Part shown: piece by piece, positions 28,581 through 39,700 of the stretch
Numbering within the stretch: position 1 is the stretch's first letter
Layout of the letters: each line of letters starts with the position of its first letter
DNA from: Novipirellula sp.
Lineage (GTDB): Bacteria; Planctomycetota; Planctomycetia; Pirellulales; Pirellulaceae
Assembly (NCBI RefSeq): GCF_041583735.1
Contig: NZ_JBFHFD010000001.1
Span: 9,880 to 73,879, forward strand
Length of the DNA stretch: 64,000 bases
Reading direction: 5' to 3'
Made by a program: the position numbers and the translations under genes
The notes under the pieces: model-generated
What the model saw: the letters and a program-made list of their open reading frames with translations, nothing else
What the model was told of the DNA's origin: nothing
The model's database searches: none

Positions 28581-29960
28581 ATGAAGTTTCTGCTGCCATT
28601 GATGCCTGCCCTTGTGCTCTTGCTTATCACGACCGGACAGGCCATTGCGGGAGACCTCCCAGCATTTCCTGGAGCGGAAGGATATGGAGCCAGCACCCCA
28701 GGCGGGCGCGGCGGACGCGTGATAGCGGTGACGAACCTGAACGACTCGGGGCCGGGCAGCCTGCTGGCGGCTTGCGAAGTCGAGGGGCCGCGCATCGTCG
28801 TGTTCAAGGTGGCGGGCACGATCGACGGCGATGTGCGAATCCGGCACGACCACATCACTGTCGCCGGCCAGTCCGCACCCGGCGGTGGCATCACGATCAA
28901 AGGAAATCTTAGCATCGACGCCAATGATGTCGTCATTCGGTATCTCAGAGTCCGAACCGATCACGAGGGGGACGCCGTTGGCACTCGATATAAGAAGAAC
29001 ATCATTCTGGATCACGTGTCGGCCAGTTGGAGCACTGACGAGGTGCTTTCTCTGTACCACAACGAGAACGTCACCATTCAATGGTGCATGATCACCGAAG
29101 CTTGCGCGAAAGCTGACGGGTCGCATCGTTTTGGCGGCATCTGGGGCAACCAGTACGGCACCTATCATCACAATTTGATGGCTCACAACGACAGTCGAAA
29201 CCCCCGTTGGGCATCAGGATGTGGGTTCAACGATTACCGTAACAACGTGCTTTACAATTGGGGTTATGAAAGCAGCTATGGCGGGGAGGCACAACAAAAG
29301 GGAGATCGGCGGAATCCACCCATCCCCTTCTCGACGATTAACATGGTGGCCAATTTCTATAAACCCGGTCCCGCGACACGCAGCGACGTGAGTTCTCGTA
29401 TTGCAAATCCGTCGAGCCGCGGCGATGACGATACCGGCAGTTGGCATGTGGCTGGTAATCATGTCGACGGGGCTCCCGATGTGACTGCTGACAACTGGCT
29501 GGGCGTGGCTGGCAATTCCTTTCAGAAGCTCGCGGAGCCGTGGAAGGGGATGCCCATTCACCAGCAATCCCCAATGGAAGCTTATCGGGCTGTTCTTGAA
29601 CATGCTGGATGCTCATTGCCAATGCGTGATTCGATCGATGCACGCATCACCGAAGAGGTCCGCAATGGCACCGGCACCCATGGCAAGAACGGCATCATCA
29701 CCACGCCAAAGGACGTTGGCGGTTGGCCGGACTTGAAGAGCGGAACAGCCCCCACCGATTCCGATAGCGACGGCATGCCCGATGACTGGGAAGGCAAATA
29801 CGGCTTTGACGCTAACAATGCCGATGACCACGCGTCCGACAAGGACGGCGACGGATACACCAACGTCGAGGAGTATCTCAACGGCACAGACCCGACGGTG
29901 TTCGTGGACTACACGAAACCGGAAAACAACATCAATACGCCGGAGAAGCCCCGTGAGTAG
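28581..29960 (+). CDS. Secreted pectate lyase (PL1-like) with C-terminal Ca-binding repeats
   Basis: RBS GAGGAG; AFPGAEGYG..GGRGG..VTNLNDSGPGS, ILDHVSASW..DE, RNPR, DSDSDGMPDDWE, DGDGYTNVEEY. Confidence 0.88.
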   Translation: MKFLLPLMPALVLLLITTGQAIAGDLPAFPGAEGYGASTPGGRGGRVIAVTNLNDSGPGSLLAACEVEGPRIVVFKVAGTIDGDVRIRHDHITVAGQSAPGGGITIKGNLSIDANDVVIRYLRVRTDHEGDAVGTRYKKNIILDHVSASWSTDEVLSLYHNENVTIQWCMITEACAKADGSHRFGGIWGNQYGTYHHNLMAHNDSRNPRWASGCGFNDYRNNVLYNWGYESSYGGEAQQKGDRRNPPIPFSTINMVANFYKPGPATRSDVSSRIANPSSRGDDDTGSWHVAGNHVDGAPDVTADNWLGVAGNSFQKLAEPWKGMPIHQQSPMEAYRAVLEHAGCSLPMRDSIDARITEEVRNGTGTHGKNGIITTPKDVGGWPDLKSGTAPTDSDSDGMPDDWEGKYGFDANNADDHASDKDGDGYTNVEEYLNGTDPTVFVDYTKPENNINTPEKPRE

Positions 29961-31398
29961 TCATTTGTATCACGTTCTGAAAATTCGGTTTCAGCTCGTC
30001 CTGTTGGCCCTGTTGCTACTAGGCCAAAACGATTCGCTGGTGGCATCGGATAAGCCACGCGTGATTGTCACGAGCGATGGCGAAATCGACGACGAATGTT
30101 CGATAGTCCGTTTTCTGCTCTACGCGAACGATTTCGACATCGAGGGAATCATCACTTCCAGTTCGCAGTATCATGCTCATGGGCACAACTGGGCCGGAGA
30201 CGACTGGGCACAGCCCTATTTGGCGGCGTATGCCAAAGTCTATCCGAACCTCATCAAGCACGACCCTCGCTATCCCACGCCTGAGTTCCTTCAGTCTCGA
30301 ACGTTGCTTGGAAACGTAAAGTCGGAAGGGGAAATGGACGAGGTCACCGCAGGTTCGCAGCGAATCGTCGAGGTCTTGCTGGACGAGTCGGACGAGCGTC
30401 CGATCTGGATTCAGGCTTGGGGCGGAACGAACACCATCGCAAGGGCGTTGAAGACGATCGAGCAGCAGCATCCGGAGAAGATGGCTGCGGTGGCGAAGAA
30501 GATCCGCTTCTATTTCATCTGGGAGCAGGATGAAACTTACCAAAACTACATCCGTCCGCACTGGGGAAAATACGGCATTCCGACGATCATTTCCGATCAG
30601 TTTATTGCGATATTCTATCACTGGAAGAAGTACATCCCAACGGACCAGAAGACTTATCTTGCCAGCTCGTGGATGAAGTCGAACATCCTCGAGAATCACG
30701 GCCTGCTGTGCTCCCTTTACAAGGCACATACGGGCGACGACAAGGGTTTCGAAGAAGGTGATTTTCGATCCGAGGGTGATTCGCCAGCGTTCTTCTACAA
30801 CATTCCAAACGGCCTGCGCAGCGATGAATCCCCGGATTGGGGCGGCTGGGGCGGTCGCTTTGTCAAGGTCCGCGAAAACACGTGGCTCGACCCCGTGTCA
30901 GAGTCCGGCTATCAATATCCGATGGGTCGCTGGTTTTCGGGTTCGGCCTGGGGACGGCAGCGATTGAAGAAGGAGATTCCCAACGACGCCGAATTGATTT
31001 CCTATCTCGAACCTCAGTGGCGATGGATCGGCGATTTGCAAAACGATTTCGCAGCACGTGCCGACTGGTGCGTGAACGAGTTCACCGAAGCCAATCACCA
31101 TCCTGTCATCAAAGTGAATGGCGACCTGACTCGCAACGTCAAGCCGGGCGAAGTAGTGCAACTCGCTGCAACAGCGACTGATCCCGACGACGACGAACTG
31201 ACGTTTCGATGGTGGCAGTATTCTGAAGCTGATTCGGCCGCCGCGACTGTCACCATTAAAAAAGACGGCTCGGCAGAACGCGCCAGCTTCATTGTTCCGA
31301 GCGAATCAGGCAAAGATGTTCACATCATCGTTGAGGTCACGGATAGCGGTATACCGGCACTAGTTCGTTATCAGCGGATCGTTTGTAACATCGAATAA
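29953..31398 (+). CDS. DUF1593 / nucleoside-hydrolase-like (Sde182-type) secreted protein
   Basis: KPRVIVTSDGEIDD, WGGTNTIA, SEGDSPAF, WGGWGGRF, QNDFAARADW, NHHP, DPDDD. Confidence 0.82.
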   Translation: MSSHLYHVLKIRFQLVLLALLLLGQNDSLVASDKPRVIVTSDGEIDDECSIVRFLLYANDFDIEGIITSSSQYHAHGHNWAGDDWAQPYLAAYAKVYPNLIKHDPRYPTPEFLQSRTLLGNVKSEGEMDEVTAGSQRIVEVLLDESDERPIWIQAWGGTNTIARALKTIEQQHPEKMAAVAKKIRFYFIWEQDETYQNYIRPHWGKYGIPTIISDQFIAIFYHWKKYIPTDQKTYLASSWMKSNILENHGLLCSLYKAHTGDDKGFEEGDFRSEGDSPAFFYNIPNGLRSDESPDWGGWGGRFVKVRENTWLDPVSESGYQYPMGRWFSGSAWGRQRLKKEIPNDAELISYLEPQWRWIGDLQNDFAARADWCVNEFTEANHHPVIKVNGDLTRNVKPGEVVQLAATATDPDDDELTFRWWQYSEADSAAATVTIKKDGSAERASFIVPSESGKDVHIIVEVTDSGIPALVRYQRIVCNIE

Positions 31399-31681
31399 TC
31401 GGGTCACGCGAGTGAGCTTCGCATAGCGAACGCTTCCAGTTTCTGGTCACAAGACCTCCGATTTTTGTTGTCCAATGCGTACTATCGTTGTCGCCGAGCG
31501 AATACACGGAGTATCAAGTTGAAGTAACCGCTGATGAAGCCGACCATGCCGCCCTACAAATGTATATTGGCAGCGGCGTACGCATTCGGGTTCGGTGGCA
31601 CCTTGATTCATGCGTGAATTACAAGCCATCGCACTCAAAGAAGCTAAGAAAACCAAACCGGAACCTATAGTGACCCAGGTC

Positions 31682-31749
31682 AGTCGGGGCGACAGGACAC
31701 CGTTAGAACTTTTTCGCTCCGGCGTCGTCGATCTGCAAACATCGCAACC
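31682..31749 (+). repeat. 68-bp direct repeat, copy 1; begins with the antisense of a tRNA-Pro-like 3' end (att-like)
   Basis: AGTCGGGGCGACAGGACACCGTTAGAACTTTTT...; 63/68 identical to 36388-36455. Confidence 0.85.
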
Positions 31750-32350
31750 TGATATTTCAGGGCGTGTGGTGGCTGTATTGGCGTGATTCGTTTACAGGAC
31801 ACTGGAGGACAATTGTTCGTAAGATTTCGCGCGTCGGGCGGCAGGCTGATGTGAGTGGAAGCCTCTGATTAGCCACTGAGGATTATCCAACCTCGTGCAA
31901 ATCAAAATGTCGCCAACCGGCATCGGTACGCTGGACCGTTGCAAGTGTGTTGCCATCGTAAGGCCGCCTGGATTCGAATTTTGCTAGCGATTCGCGGTTA
32001 ACCACGCGGTCTGCAAAAGCTTCCACGATGTGTTGTCCACAAGCACAAGAACGTCCAGCTTATCACCGTCCGACGGAAGTACCTTGACTCGGTATTCAAT
32101 CGGACTCATGGGCGTCATCCAGGCCTCCGCCCGCATTAAGTTTCGAGGCCGCAAAATACGTTCCGCAACGCATCGTGTCTCGGAATCCGCGTCATGAAAG
32201 CTCTGCTCGACGTTTCGGTAGGCTCGCAACATGTAGTGTTAAAAGCATTGCGGCAATCCAAGCCTGACGCGGAGCGCACAGGCCATTTGCGCAATCTGTG
32301 ACAAGGAAAGTGTAACGAGAGATGTTATATACGAAGGATAATACTATACA

Positions 32351-33718
32351 ATGCAAATTCATCACAAGCCACAATCAGCGAGCCGACGCTTGAATCAACG
32401 ACTCTTCTTTTGGTCACTCACCGCGGCACTGGCCGGCTTCCTGTTCGGTTTCGACACCGTGGTGATCTCGGGAGCGGAAAAAACGATTCAGTCGCTGTGG
32501 GAGCTGGGCGATTTCCATCACGGGCTGGCAATGAGCATGGCGCTCTGGGGCACCGTCATTGGTTCGCTGCTGGGCAGCTGGCCTACAGACCATTTCGGCC
32601 GTAAGAAGACGCTGCTTTGGATCGGAATCTTGTACTTTGTGTCCGCGATTTGGTCTGCACTCGCGAACGATTTTTACTCTTTCATGGTCGCTCGTTTTAT
32701 TGGCGGATTGGGCGTTGGTATTTCGACCGTTGCCGCGCCTTTGTACATCGCCGAGATCGCGCCGCCAGAGCATCGAGGTCGCCTGGCGGGGATGTTTCAA
32801 TTCAATATCGTGTTCGGAATTCTAATTGCGTTTGTTTCCAACATGCTGATTGGCAGAACGGGCGAAAACGCCTGGCGTTGGATGCTTGGCGTCGAAGCGA
32901 TTCCGGCCTTAATATACAGTGCCATGTGCTTTGGCTTGCCCGAGAGTCCGCGGTGGTTAATCGGTTACAAAGAAGATCGCGAGGGTGGCACCGCGGTTTT
33001 GCGGTTGATCCATCCGGACGCTTTGGAGGGGGACATCGAAGCGAAGGCGGACGAGATCTCAGCGGTTGCTCATGAATCATCCAGCACAGGTGGATTCTGG
33101 ACCGCTCGTCTCAAGACTCCGATCCTACTCGCGTTTCTAATCGCTTTCTTCAATCAGTTATCCGGCATTAACGCCATTCTGTATTTCGCACCTCGCATTT
33201 TTGAACTGAGCGGTTTGGGCGAGAAGGCGGCACTGCTACAGTCCATTGGTATCGGTGTTACCAACTTGATCTTCACTTTCATCGGCTTGTGGCTGATCGA
33301 CCGTTTGGGCCGCAGGACGCTGCTTACCATCGGATCATTCGGCTACATCGCGTCGTTGGGACTTTGCGCGTGGGCGTTCTTCGCGGAGAACTATGCCATT
33401 GTACCGGCTTGCATCTTTGCATTCATCGCGGCACACGCGGTGGGCCAAGGTGCGGTGATCTGGGTTTTTATTTCCGAGATCTTTCCTAATCGCCACCGCG
33501 CCCAGGGGCAATCGCTCGGCAGTTTTACGCACTGGATTTTTGCCGCGTTGCTCACGATGTTCTTTCCATCGATGGTCACCGCTTTTGCTCCCGGGTACGT
33601 TTTCTCCTTCTTCTGCTTGATGATGGTGTTGCAACTTGTCTGGGTGAAAACCATGGTGCCGGAAACAAAGGGGCGACCACTGGAGCAAATTGAACACGAA
33701 CTTGGGATGGCGGAATGA
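32351..33718 (+). CDS. Sugar porter family MFS transporter
   Basis: GFLFGFDT, DHFGRK, PESPRWL, NQLSGINAILYF, VPETKG. Confidence 0.93.
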   Translation: MQIHHKPQSASRRLNQRLFFWSLTAALAGFLFGFDTVVISGAEKTIQSLWELGDFHHGLAMSMALWGTVIGSLLGSWPTDHFGRKKTLLWIGILYFVSAIWSALANDFYSFMVARFIGGLGVGISTVAAPLYIAEIAPPEHRGRLAGMFQFNIVFGILIAFVSNMLIGRTGENAWRWMLGVEAIPALIYSAMCFGLPESPRWLIGYKEDREGGTAVLRLIHPDALEGDIEAKADEISAVAHESSSTGGFWTARLKTPILLAFLIAFFNQLSGINAILYFAPRIFELSGLGEKAALLQSIGIGVTNLIFTFIGLWLIDRLGRRTLLTIGSFGYIASLGLCAWAFFAENYAIVPACIFAFIAAHAVGQGAVIWVFISEIFPNRHRAQGQSLGSFTHWIFAALLTMFFPSMVTAFAPGYVFSFFCLMMVLQLVWVKTMVPETKGRPLEQIEHELGMAE

Positions 33719-33843
33719 AGCGGCATCCTGCGTTTGCTCACCTCCGGGGCCGCAATGAGCTTCCCCGACGATCTCAAACAATCCGCATCGCAGGCAACTA
33801 ATGAGAGTGCAGTTTTGCGATATCAACGATTTGGAAATAACTC

Positions 33844-35883
33844 ATGAAGCCTCATTATTTATTCACGTTGTCTGTGTTGTGTCTACTCGCATGCCGGGGG
33901 CCGCTGCGAGCCGACGACGTTTTAGTAGCCGATTTCGAATCGGGAACGTATGAAGGTTGGACCATCACCGGCGAAGCATTCGGTGACGAACCGGCTAGCG
34001 GAACACTGACAAATCAAAAGGCGGTCTCCGGATTTCGCGGCAGTCGATTGGTGAACACCTTTCAAGGAGGTGATGCGTCGGTTGGAACTGCAACGAGCTC
34101 CGAGATCACGATCCAGCGTTCTTACATCGCCTTCCTGATTGGAGGCGGTCCACATAAAGAGACGGTCGGCATCGAATTGCTGGTAGACGGAAAACGCCTG
34201 CGCGCCGCAACGGGACCGGAATCGGAAGAACTCGAGTGGTCATCCTGGGACGTGACCGAGTTTGCAGGAAAGCAGGCCCGACTCAGGATATTTGACAGGG
34301 CGACCGGCGAATGGGGGCACATCGCCGTTGACCACATTATCCAGACAGATCTGGCGCCCAAGCGATTTGACCTCCAATACAAGCTTGCCGAATATCGGCA
34401 AGCCGCTGAGTATCTGAATGAACCGCTTCGTCCGCAGGCGCATTTCACTCCGGAAATCAACTGGATGAATGACCCCAACGGACTGGTGTTTCATAACGGT
34501 GAGTATCACTTGTTTTATCAGTACAACCCCGCGGGCAATTCATGGGGTCACATGAGTTGGGGGCATGCTGTCAGCCGAGATCTGACCCATTGGAAACACT
34601 TGCCGCTGGCGATACCAGAAGAAGATGGCGTGATGGCGTTCAGCGGTTGCTGCGTTGTCGATTACAAGAACTCATCCGGATTCGGCGATGGCAAAAACCC
34701 GCCAATGGTTGCTGTTTACACCGGCCATGGTCACGGCAAACAGGTTCAGAATTTGGCGTACAGTATCGACGATGGCCGCACTTGGACTCAGTACGCCGAG
34801 AACCCGGTCCTGGACATTAACATTCCTGACTTTCGTGACCCCAAAGTCTTCTGGCACGCACCCAGAAATCGCTGGGTAATGGTCGTTTCGCTGGCTGTCG
34901 ACAAAATTCTGGTGTTTTATGCGTCGAGCGATCTAAAGAGCTGGGAAGAACTCAGCCGCTTTGGGCCCGCCGGCACGACGGGGAAATCGAATTGGGAATG
35001 TCCCGACTTGTTTGAACTGCCTGTCGAAAATGAACCGGGAAAAAAGTTGTGGGTTCTGGAAGCCGACATGGGTGACGGTAGCATCGCCGGTGGCAGCGGA
35101 GGTGAGTACTTTGTCGGTCACTTTGACGGCACGACATTCACCGCCAATCAGGATGCTCGTTGGGTCGACTTTGGCCGAGATTTCTATGCTCCGGTCAGCT
35201 GGTCAGACATTCCGGAATCGGATGGACGACGAATCTGGATTGGCTGGCTGAACAACTGGGAAACGTGCCTAGTGCCGACAGCACCCTGGCGCAGTTGCAT
35301 GTCGGTCCCTCGTACGTTGAGCCTGCGTAAGGTGCCGGCGTTCGACGTCACAGGAGACCCCATTTACACACTGGTGCAGCGACCGGTGAAAGAACTTCGC
35401 CAACTCCACGCGAACACACTGACTCTAAACACCGATGCGGCGACCTGGCCTCCTGTTGCCGTCACGAAACGGGGCGACCTGAGCGACATGAACTTTGTTC
35501 TTGAAACAACCTTGCAACCCGCGGCGGCGCGATCGTGTGGCTTTCGTATTCGAACGGGCGAGGATGAGTTTACGGAGGTCGGCTATGACCGTGAGCCGGG
35601 CGTCGTCTACGTGGATCGAAGGAAATCCGGAAACGTCGACTTTCACAAGGCATTCGCGGGACGCCACGAGGCACCAGTCCGTCTGATCGACGGTGAAATC
35701 ACACTGCAAATAATTGTCGACCGATCGTCGATCGAAGTCTTTGCAGGCGATGGCGAAGCGGTCATTAGCGACCGGATTTTCCCAACAGCGAATCATCCGA
35801 TGATCGAGGTCTTTGCCGGCGACGAATCCGCAAGAGTCACAGACACCACCTTGCAGCAGCTCAAATCGATTTGGCGAAAGTGA
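33844..35883 (+). CDS. GH32 levanase/beta-fructofuranosidase with N-terminal extra domain
   Basis: WMNDPNG, WGHA, FSG, FRDPKV, WECPD, DFYA, DRSSIEVF. Confidence 0.93.
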   Translation: MKPHYLFTLSVLCLLACRGPLRADDVLVADFESGTYEGWTITGEAFGDEPASGTLTNQKAVSGFRGSRLVNTFQGGDASVGTATSSEITIQRSYIAFLIGGGPHKETVGIELLVDGKRLRAATGPESEELEWSSWDVTEFAGKQARLRIFDRATGEWGHIAVDHIIQTDLAPKRFDLQYKLAEYRQAAEYLNEPLRPQAHFTPEINWMNDPNGLVFHNGEYHLFYQYNPAGNSWGHMSWGHAVSRDLTHWKHLPLAIPEEDGVMAFSGCCVVDYKNSSGFGDGKNPPMVAVYTGHGHGKQVQNLAYSIDDGRTWTQYAENPVLDINIPDFRDPKVFWHAPRNRWVMVVSLAVDKILVFYASSDLKSWEELSRFGPAGTTGKSNWECPDLFELPVENEPGKKLWVLEADMGDGSIAGGSGGEYFVGHFDGTTFTANQDARWVDFGRDFYAPVSWSDIPESDGRRIWIGWLNNWETCLVPTAPWRSCMSVPRTLSLRKVPAFDVTGDPIYTLVQRPVKELRQLHANTLTLNTDAATWPPVAVTKRGDLSDMNFVLETTLQPAAARSCGFRIRTGEDEFTEVGYDREPGVVYVDRRKSGNVDFHKAFAGRHEAPVRLIDGEITLQIIVDRSSIEVFAGDGEAVISDRIFPTANHPMIEVFAGDESARVTDTTLQQLKSIWRK

Positions 35884-36195
35884 ATTCTATTTCCTGATAT
35901 TCAAGCGAAACTCGCGTCAAAACGTTCTGGTTAGAATGTCTATGAGTCTTTAAAATAGCTCCTCTCTTTAAAAGCACAGCGCAGCAAAAACTGCACACCA
36001 GAAAATGTCTAGAGTGCGAAGCCAGCCTTACCGGCCTCGGCAATCCGGCGCGCGGAGGTTGCATCGACTTCAGCAGATAGCGGTTGATGCTAACTCGCGT
36101 CGGTGAGATTGACCTCCGTTGTTATGTACTGTGCACAATCAATTGCGTCCTTGTACACCGGCGTCGGATACTGAATCGCGATTCCGTTGCATCCC

Positions 36196-36223
36196 TGGAA
36201 GGGGCGACGGGATTTGAACTCGC
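36196..36223 (-). other. Degenerate tRNA 3'-end fragment (Gly-like), att remnant
   Basis: Minus strand GCGAGTTCAAATCCCGTCGCCCCTTCCA, i.e. T-arm plus acceptor 3' strand plus CCA. Confidence 0.5.
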
Positions 36224-36387
36224 TAAATGGTTCCCGAGCAAGAGGTTACGGAAGAGGATGGTTCAAGACAGCGAGATTCAAGCATGCGTTTGAACTGACA
36301 TGACAAGCGAAGAAAACAGCATAAATTGTTGCTATTCAACGAGAAACAGCTCGCCGCGAATCAACGCGACGAACTATCTATCTTGTG

Positions 36388-36455
36388 AGTCGGGGCGACA
36401 AGACACCGTTAGAACTTTTTCGGCGCGGCGTCGTCGAGCTGCAAACATCGCAACC
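36388..36455 (+). repeat. 68-bp direct repeat, copy 2 (att-like)
   Basis: AGTCGGGGCGACAAGACACCGTTAGAACTTTTT... Confidence 0.85.
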
Positions 36456-36770
36456 CCAATGTCTGCGGCCAAGTTGCGACAGTATTAGCTTGATTCGTAA
36501 GCGAAACCCACCAGCCCAATTGCACGGGCGATTTCGCACCCGCTCGTTAATCAGCCCCCGCCATCCAACGCGTTCATCGCGTGATTACCCGCGTCATTGC
36601 GTTGCTGTTGTCCAATCAACGGCACGCTTCCCGACAATGAGTTTACATGAAGTGGGCGTGCCAGCCCCTGCCTGCAAGTGCGATGCGACCAATCGAGAAT
36701 CGTATCTGCCGGCCTGACTTGTAACGCATGCAACAAAACGTATATCACATTAATTCAAGAGGCTGGAACG

Positions 36771-39700
36771 CTACTTTCCGGTGAGTTTGGCGAGCATGCG
36801 GATCAGGTTGGCACCGTCAATCGGTTTGGCAATATGGTCGGTACAGCCAGCTTGCAGGCAGTGTTCCCGGTCACTGATCATCGCATTGGCAGTGAGCGCG
36901 ATAATCGGTGCGGTGAAGCCACTGTCACGCAGTCTCTTCGCCGCTTCATAGCCGTCCATCACAGGCATTTGCATGTCCATTATCACGGCGTCGATCGGTT
37001 CGCCCGCTTGTTGTCGACGGGCAATCAACTCGACCGCTTCGAGTCCGTTGTCCGCCGTGACGACCGTGCCACCAGCTCGCTCGATAAAGTGCTGGGCCAG
37101 GAAACGGATGTCGCGACGGTCGTCCACAACCACAATGGTTGCGTTGAGCCGAATGTCGGCCGCCGATGTTTCAGCAGTCTCTGCTGCAACAACTTCGAGG
37201 GTTTCCAGCTCGTTCCCCTCGACGTGACCGCAATCGATAACGACCGTGAACGTGCTGCCTTCGCCGGGTGTGCTTGTTGCGGTCAAATCACCCCCCAAAG
37301 CTTGTGCCAACCGACGACTTATGGTTAGCCCTAGCCCGGTCCCGCCGTATTGGCGAGTATGAGAAGCGTCGGCTTGTACGAATGGCTGGAATAGCTGTTC
37401 GATCTGCTCGGTTGTAATACCAATACCAGTATCAATAATTTCAAACTGGATTTGGCACAAGGTTTCGCGCGCCGTCACGACGCCCGTTGTCTCATTGGAG
37501 GTACAGGGTGCTGCCACTAAATCGGCTGCGTCAGCGACATGTCGGATGATGATGCGGATCGAACCTTCGCGGGTGAACTTGATCGCGTTTCCGACTAGGT
37601 TAAGCAAAATCTGACGAAGCCGTAGCGGATCGGTCTGAATGATTCGCGGCAGTTTACCCACGAATTCGACCTCTAACGCGAGTCCTTGTCCTTCGGCACG
37701 CATGGACATCAATCGCGTCACGTCGCTAACGAGCACGTCCAGTCGCACCGGCTCGATATTGATCCGCATTTGTCCTGCGTCAATCTTCGAAAGATCTAGT
37801 ATGTCGTTGATAATCTCCAACAGGAAGCCACCGTTGCGTCGGATCGTTTCGAGGCTTGATGCATGCTCGGTGCCTGCAAGATGTTCAACCAGGAGATCGG
37901 TGTGCCCGAGGATGGCAGTCATCGGAGTACGAATCTCGTGGCTCATATTAGCAAGGAAATCGCCGCGAGATTGGTTCGCATCTTGCGCAATCTGTTTCTC
38001 TTTCTGAAGTGATTGCTCAAAGTTTATTCGTTTGGTCACGTTCTCGAAAAGAATTGCGATGTGATTGTCGCCCGGTTCGTCGATCCGGAAGGCATAGACG
38101 TCGAAGTAGCTATTGTCCAGTTGAGCAGCACGCTGCGTGAACCGCTCGGGGGTGCCCGTTTTGGCGACTCGACCGAACGTCTCGAACCAGTGGTCTTCTA
38201 GATCCGGAACAACCTCGCTGAATCGCTTGCCCACCACATCGGTCAAGCCAGTTTGAACTGAAAAGGCCGGATTGACATCAAGGTACTCAATATCGACCGG
38301 CTTGTCTTGTTCGTCAAACAAGACTTTGAGCAAGCAAAAACCTTCGTCTACTGTGTTAAACAGCGACCGATACCGCTGCTCGAATCGACGGTGTCCGGTC
38401 GTTTCCAAGGTTACACCCGACATTGCTTTCGGCCGACCATCGTTGTCATAGGTCACACGTCCGCGATCGTACACCCAATGTATGCTCCCATCGGCCCAGC
38501 GGACACGAAGTTCGACGTCCAGCACGCCGCTGCGTAATGCGGTTTTGATCGCCTCGTCCAGCAGCGGTTGATCCTCGGGCAGCAATTGCTCGCGAAACGA
38601 CTTCAGACTCCACTCTACTTCGCCGGCCTCACGGCCAAAAATTTGATTGTGGCGTGTGTTGGTGCGTGCCATGCCACTGACGACATCAAGTTCCCAAACG
38701 CCCATCTTGGCCGCCTCTAGGGCAACTTCCAATCGCTCCTTAGTCTGCTGCAATTCCAGTTCCGCCGCCTTACGCTCCGAAAAGTCGACGAACGTAATCA
38801 CGACCCCCTCGATCCGATCGTCAGTACTGCGATAAGGCGACACGCGGCTGAGATACCAGCGTCCCTGTTCATCGCAAACCTCGCGGGAGATCGGAATTAA
38901 CGCTTTGAGCACTTGCTCAGCGTCGTCGAGCAAATTGAGATAACCCAGTCGGCTCGTAAAGTCGCCCAGCGATCTACCGCGATCAGCGATTCGGATGTTG
39001 AACAGTTCACCGATTTTGGGTGTGAACCGCACGATCCGAAGCTCGCGATCGAGAAACAACGTAGCGACATTGGTGGATTTGAGCAGGTTTTGCAGATCGC
39101 CGGACAACTGCTTTAGTTCATCCAAGCGATGGCGGTTCTCCTGGTTGAGCGTCCGCAGCTCTTCATTCATGCTCTGCAATTCCTCCTTACTCGTTTCGAG
39201 TTCTTCCATCGTCGAGCGAAGTTCTTCGTTGGTCGATTGCAGTTCTTCGTTGGATGCTTTCATCTCTTCGCGGCTGGTTTCATACTCTTCCACGAGCACT
39301 TGCATGCGATGTCGTGAGGTTTCGAGCTCCGCTTCAAGTTCGATAAAACGAGCAGGCGCCGGTGCAATGATAGGTGTCGCTAAATCGAGATGTTGCTGCT
39401 GTTTTGTGTCCGCGAGCTGGACATCCCCGTGCTCGAAATCGACGGACAATTGGGAATTTGCATAAATCTGCTGGAGTTCGTCGAAGACCAGCAGTACGAA
39501 GCCATCGTGATCACCACCTAAGACCGGATAGGCGCTCAAGATGACTTGCAGCGATGCGCCGTCGCAAGTGATTGAAAGTGCTCGGCTGCGTTGTACGGAC
39601 GCTCGCTTTCGAGCGTCATGGACAACCGCGCGGAGATCCAAGCGAAGTTCCTCGCGGACCAGCTTGAAAACATTTTGAGTGATCTCACCACCGGGAACAC

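Noticed and set aside
28395-29186. N-terminal extension making the AraC ORF 546 aa
   Set aside because: It overlaps the pectate lyase on the opposite strand; AraC-family similarity starts at MKQFD
36560-36590. GCGTTCATCGCGTGATTACC resembling one arm of a planctomycete attC-like repeat
   Set aside because: No complementary arm found
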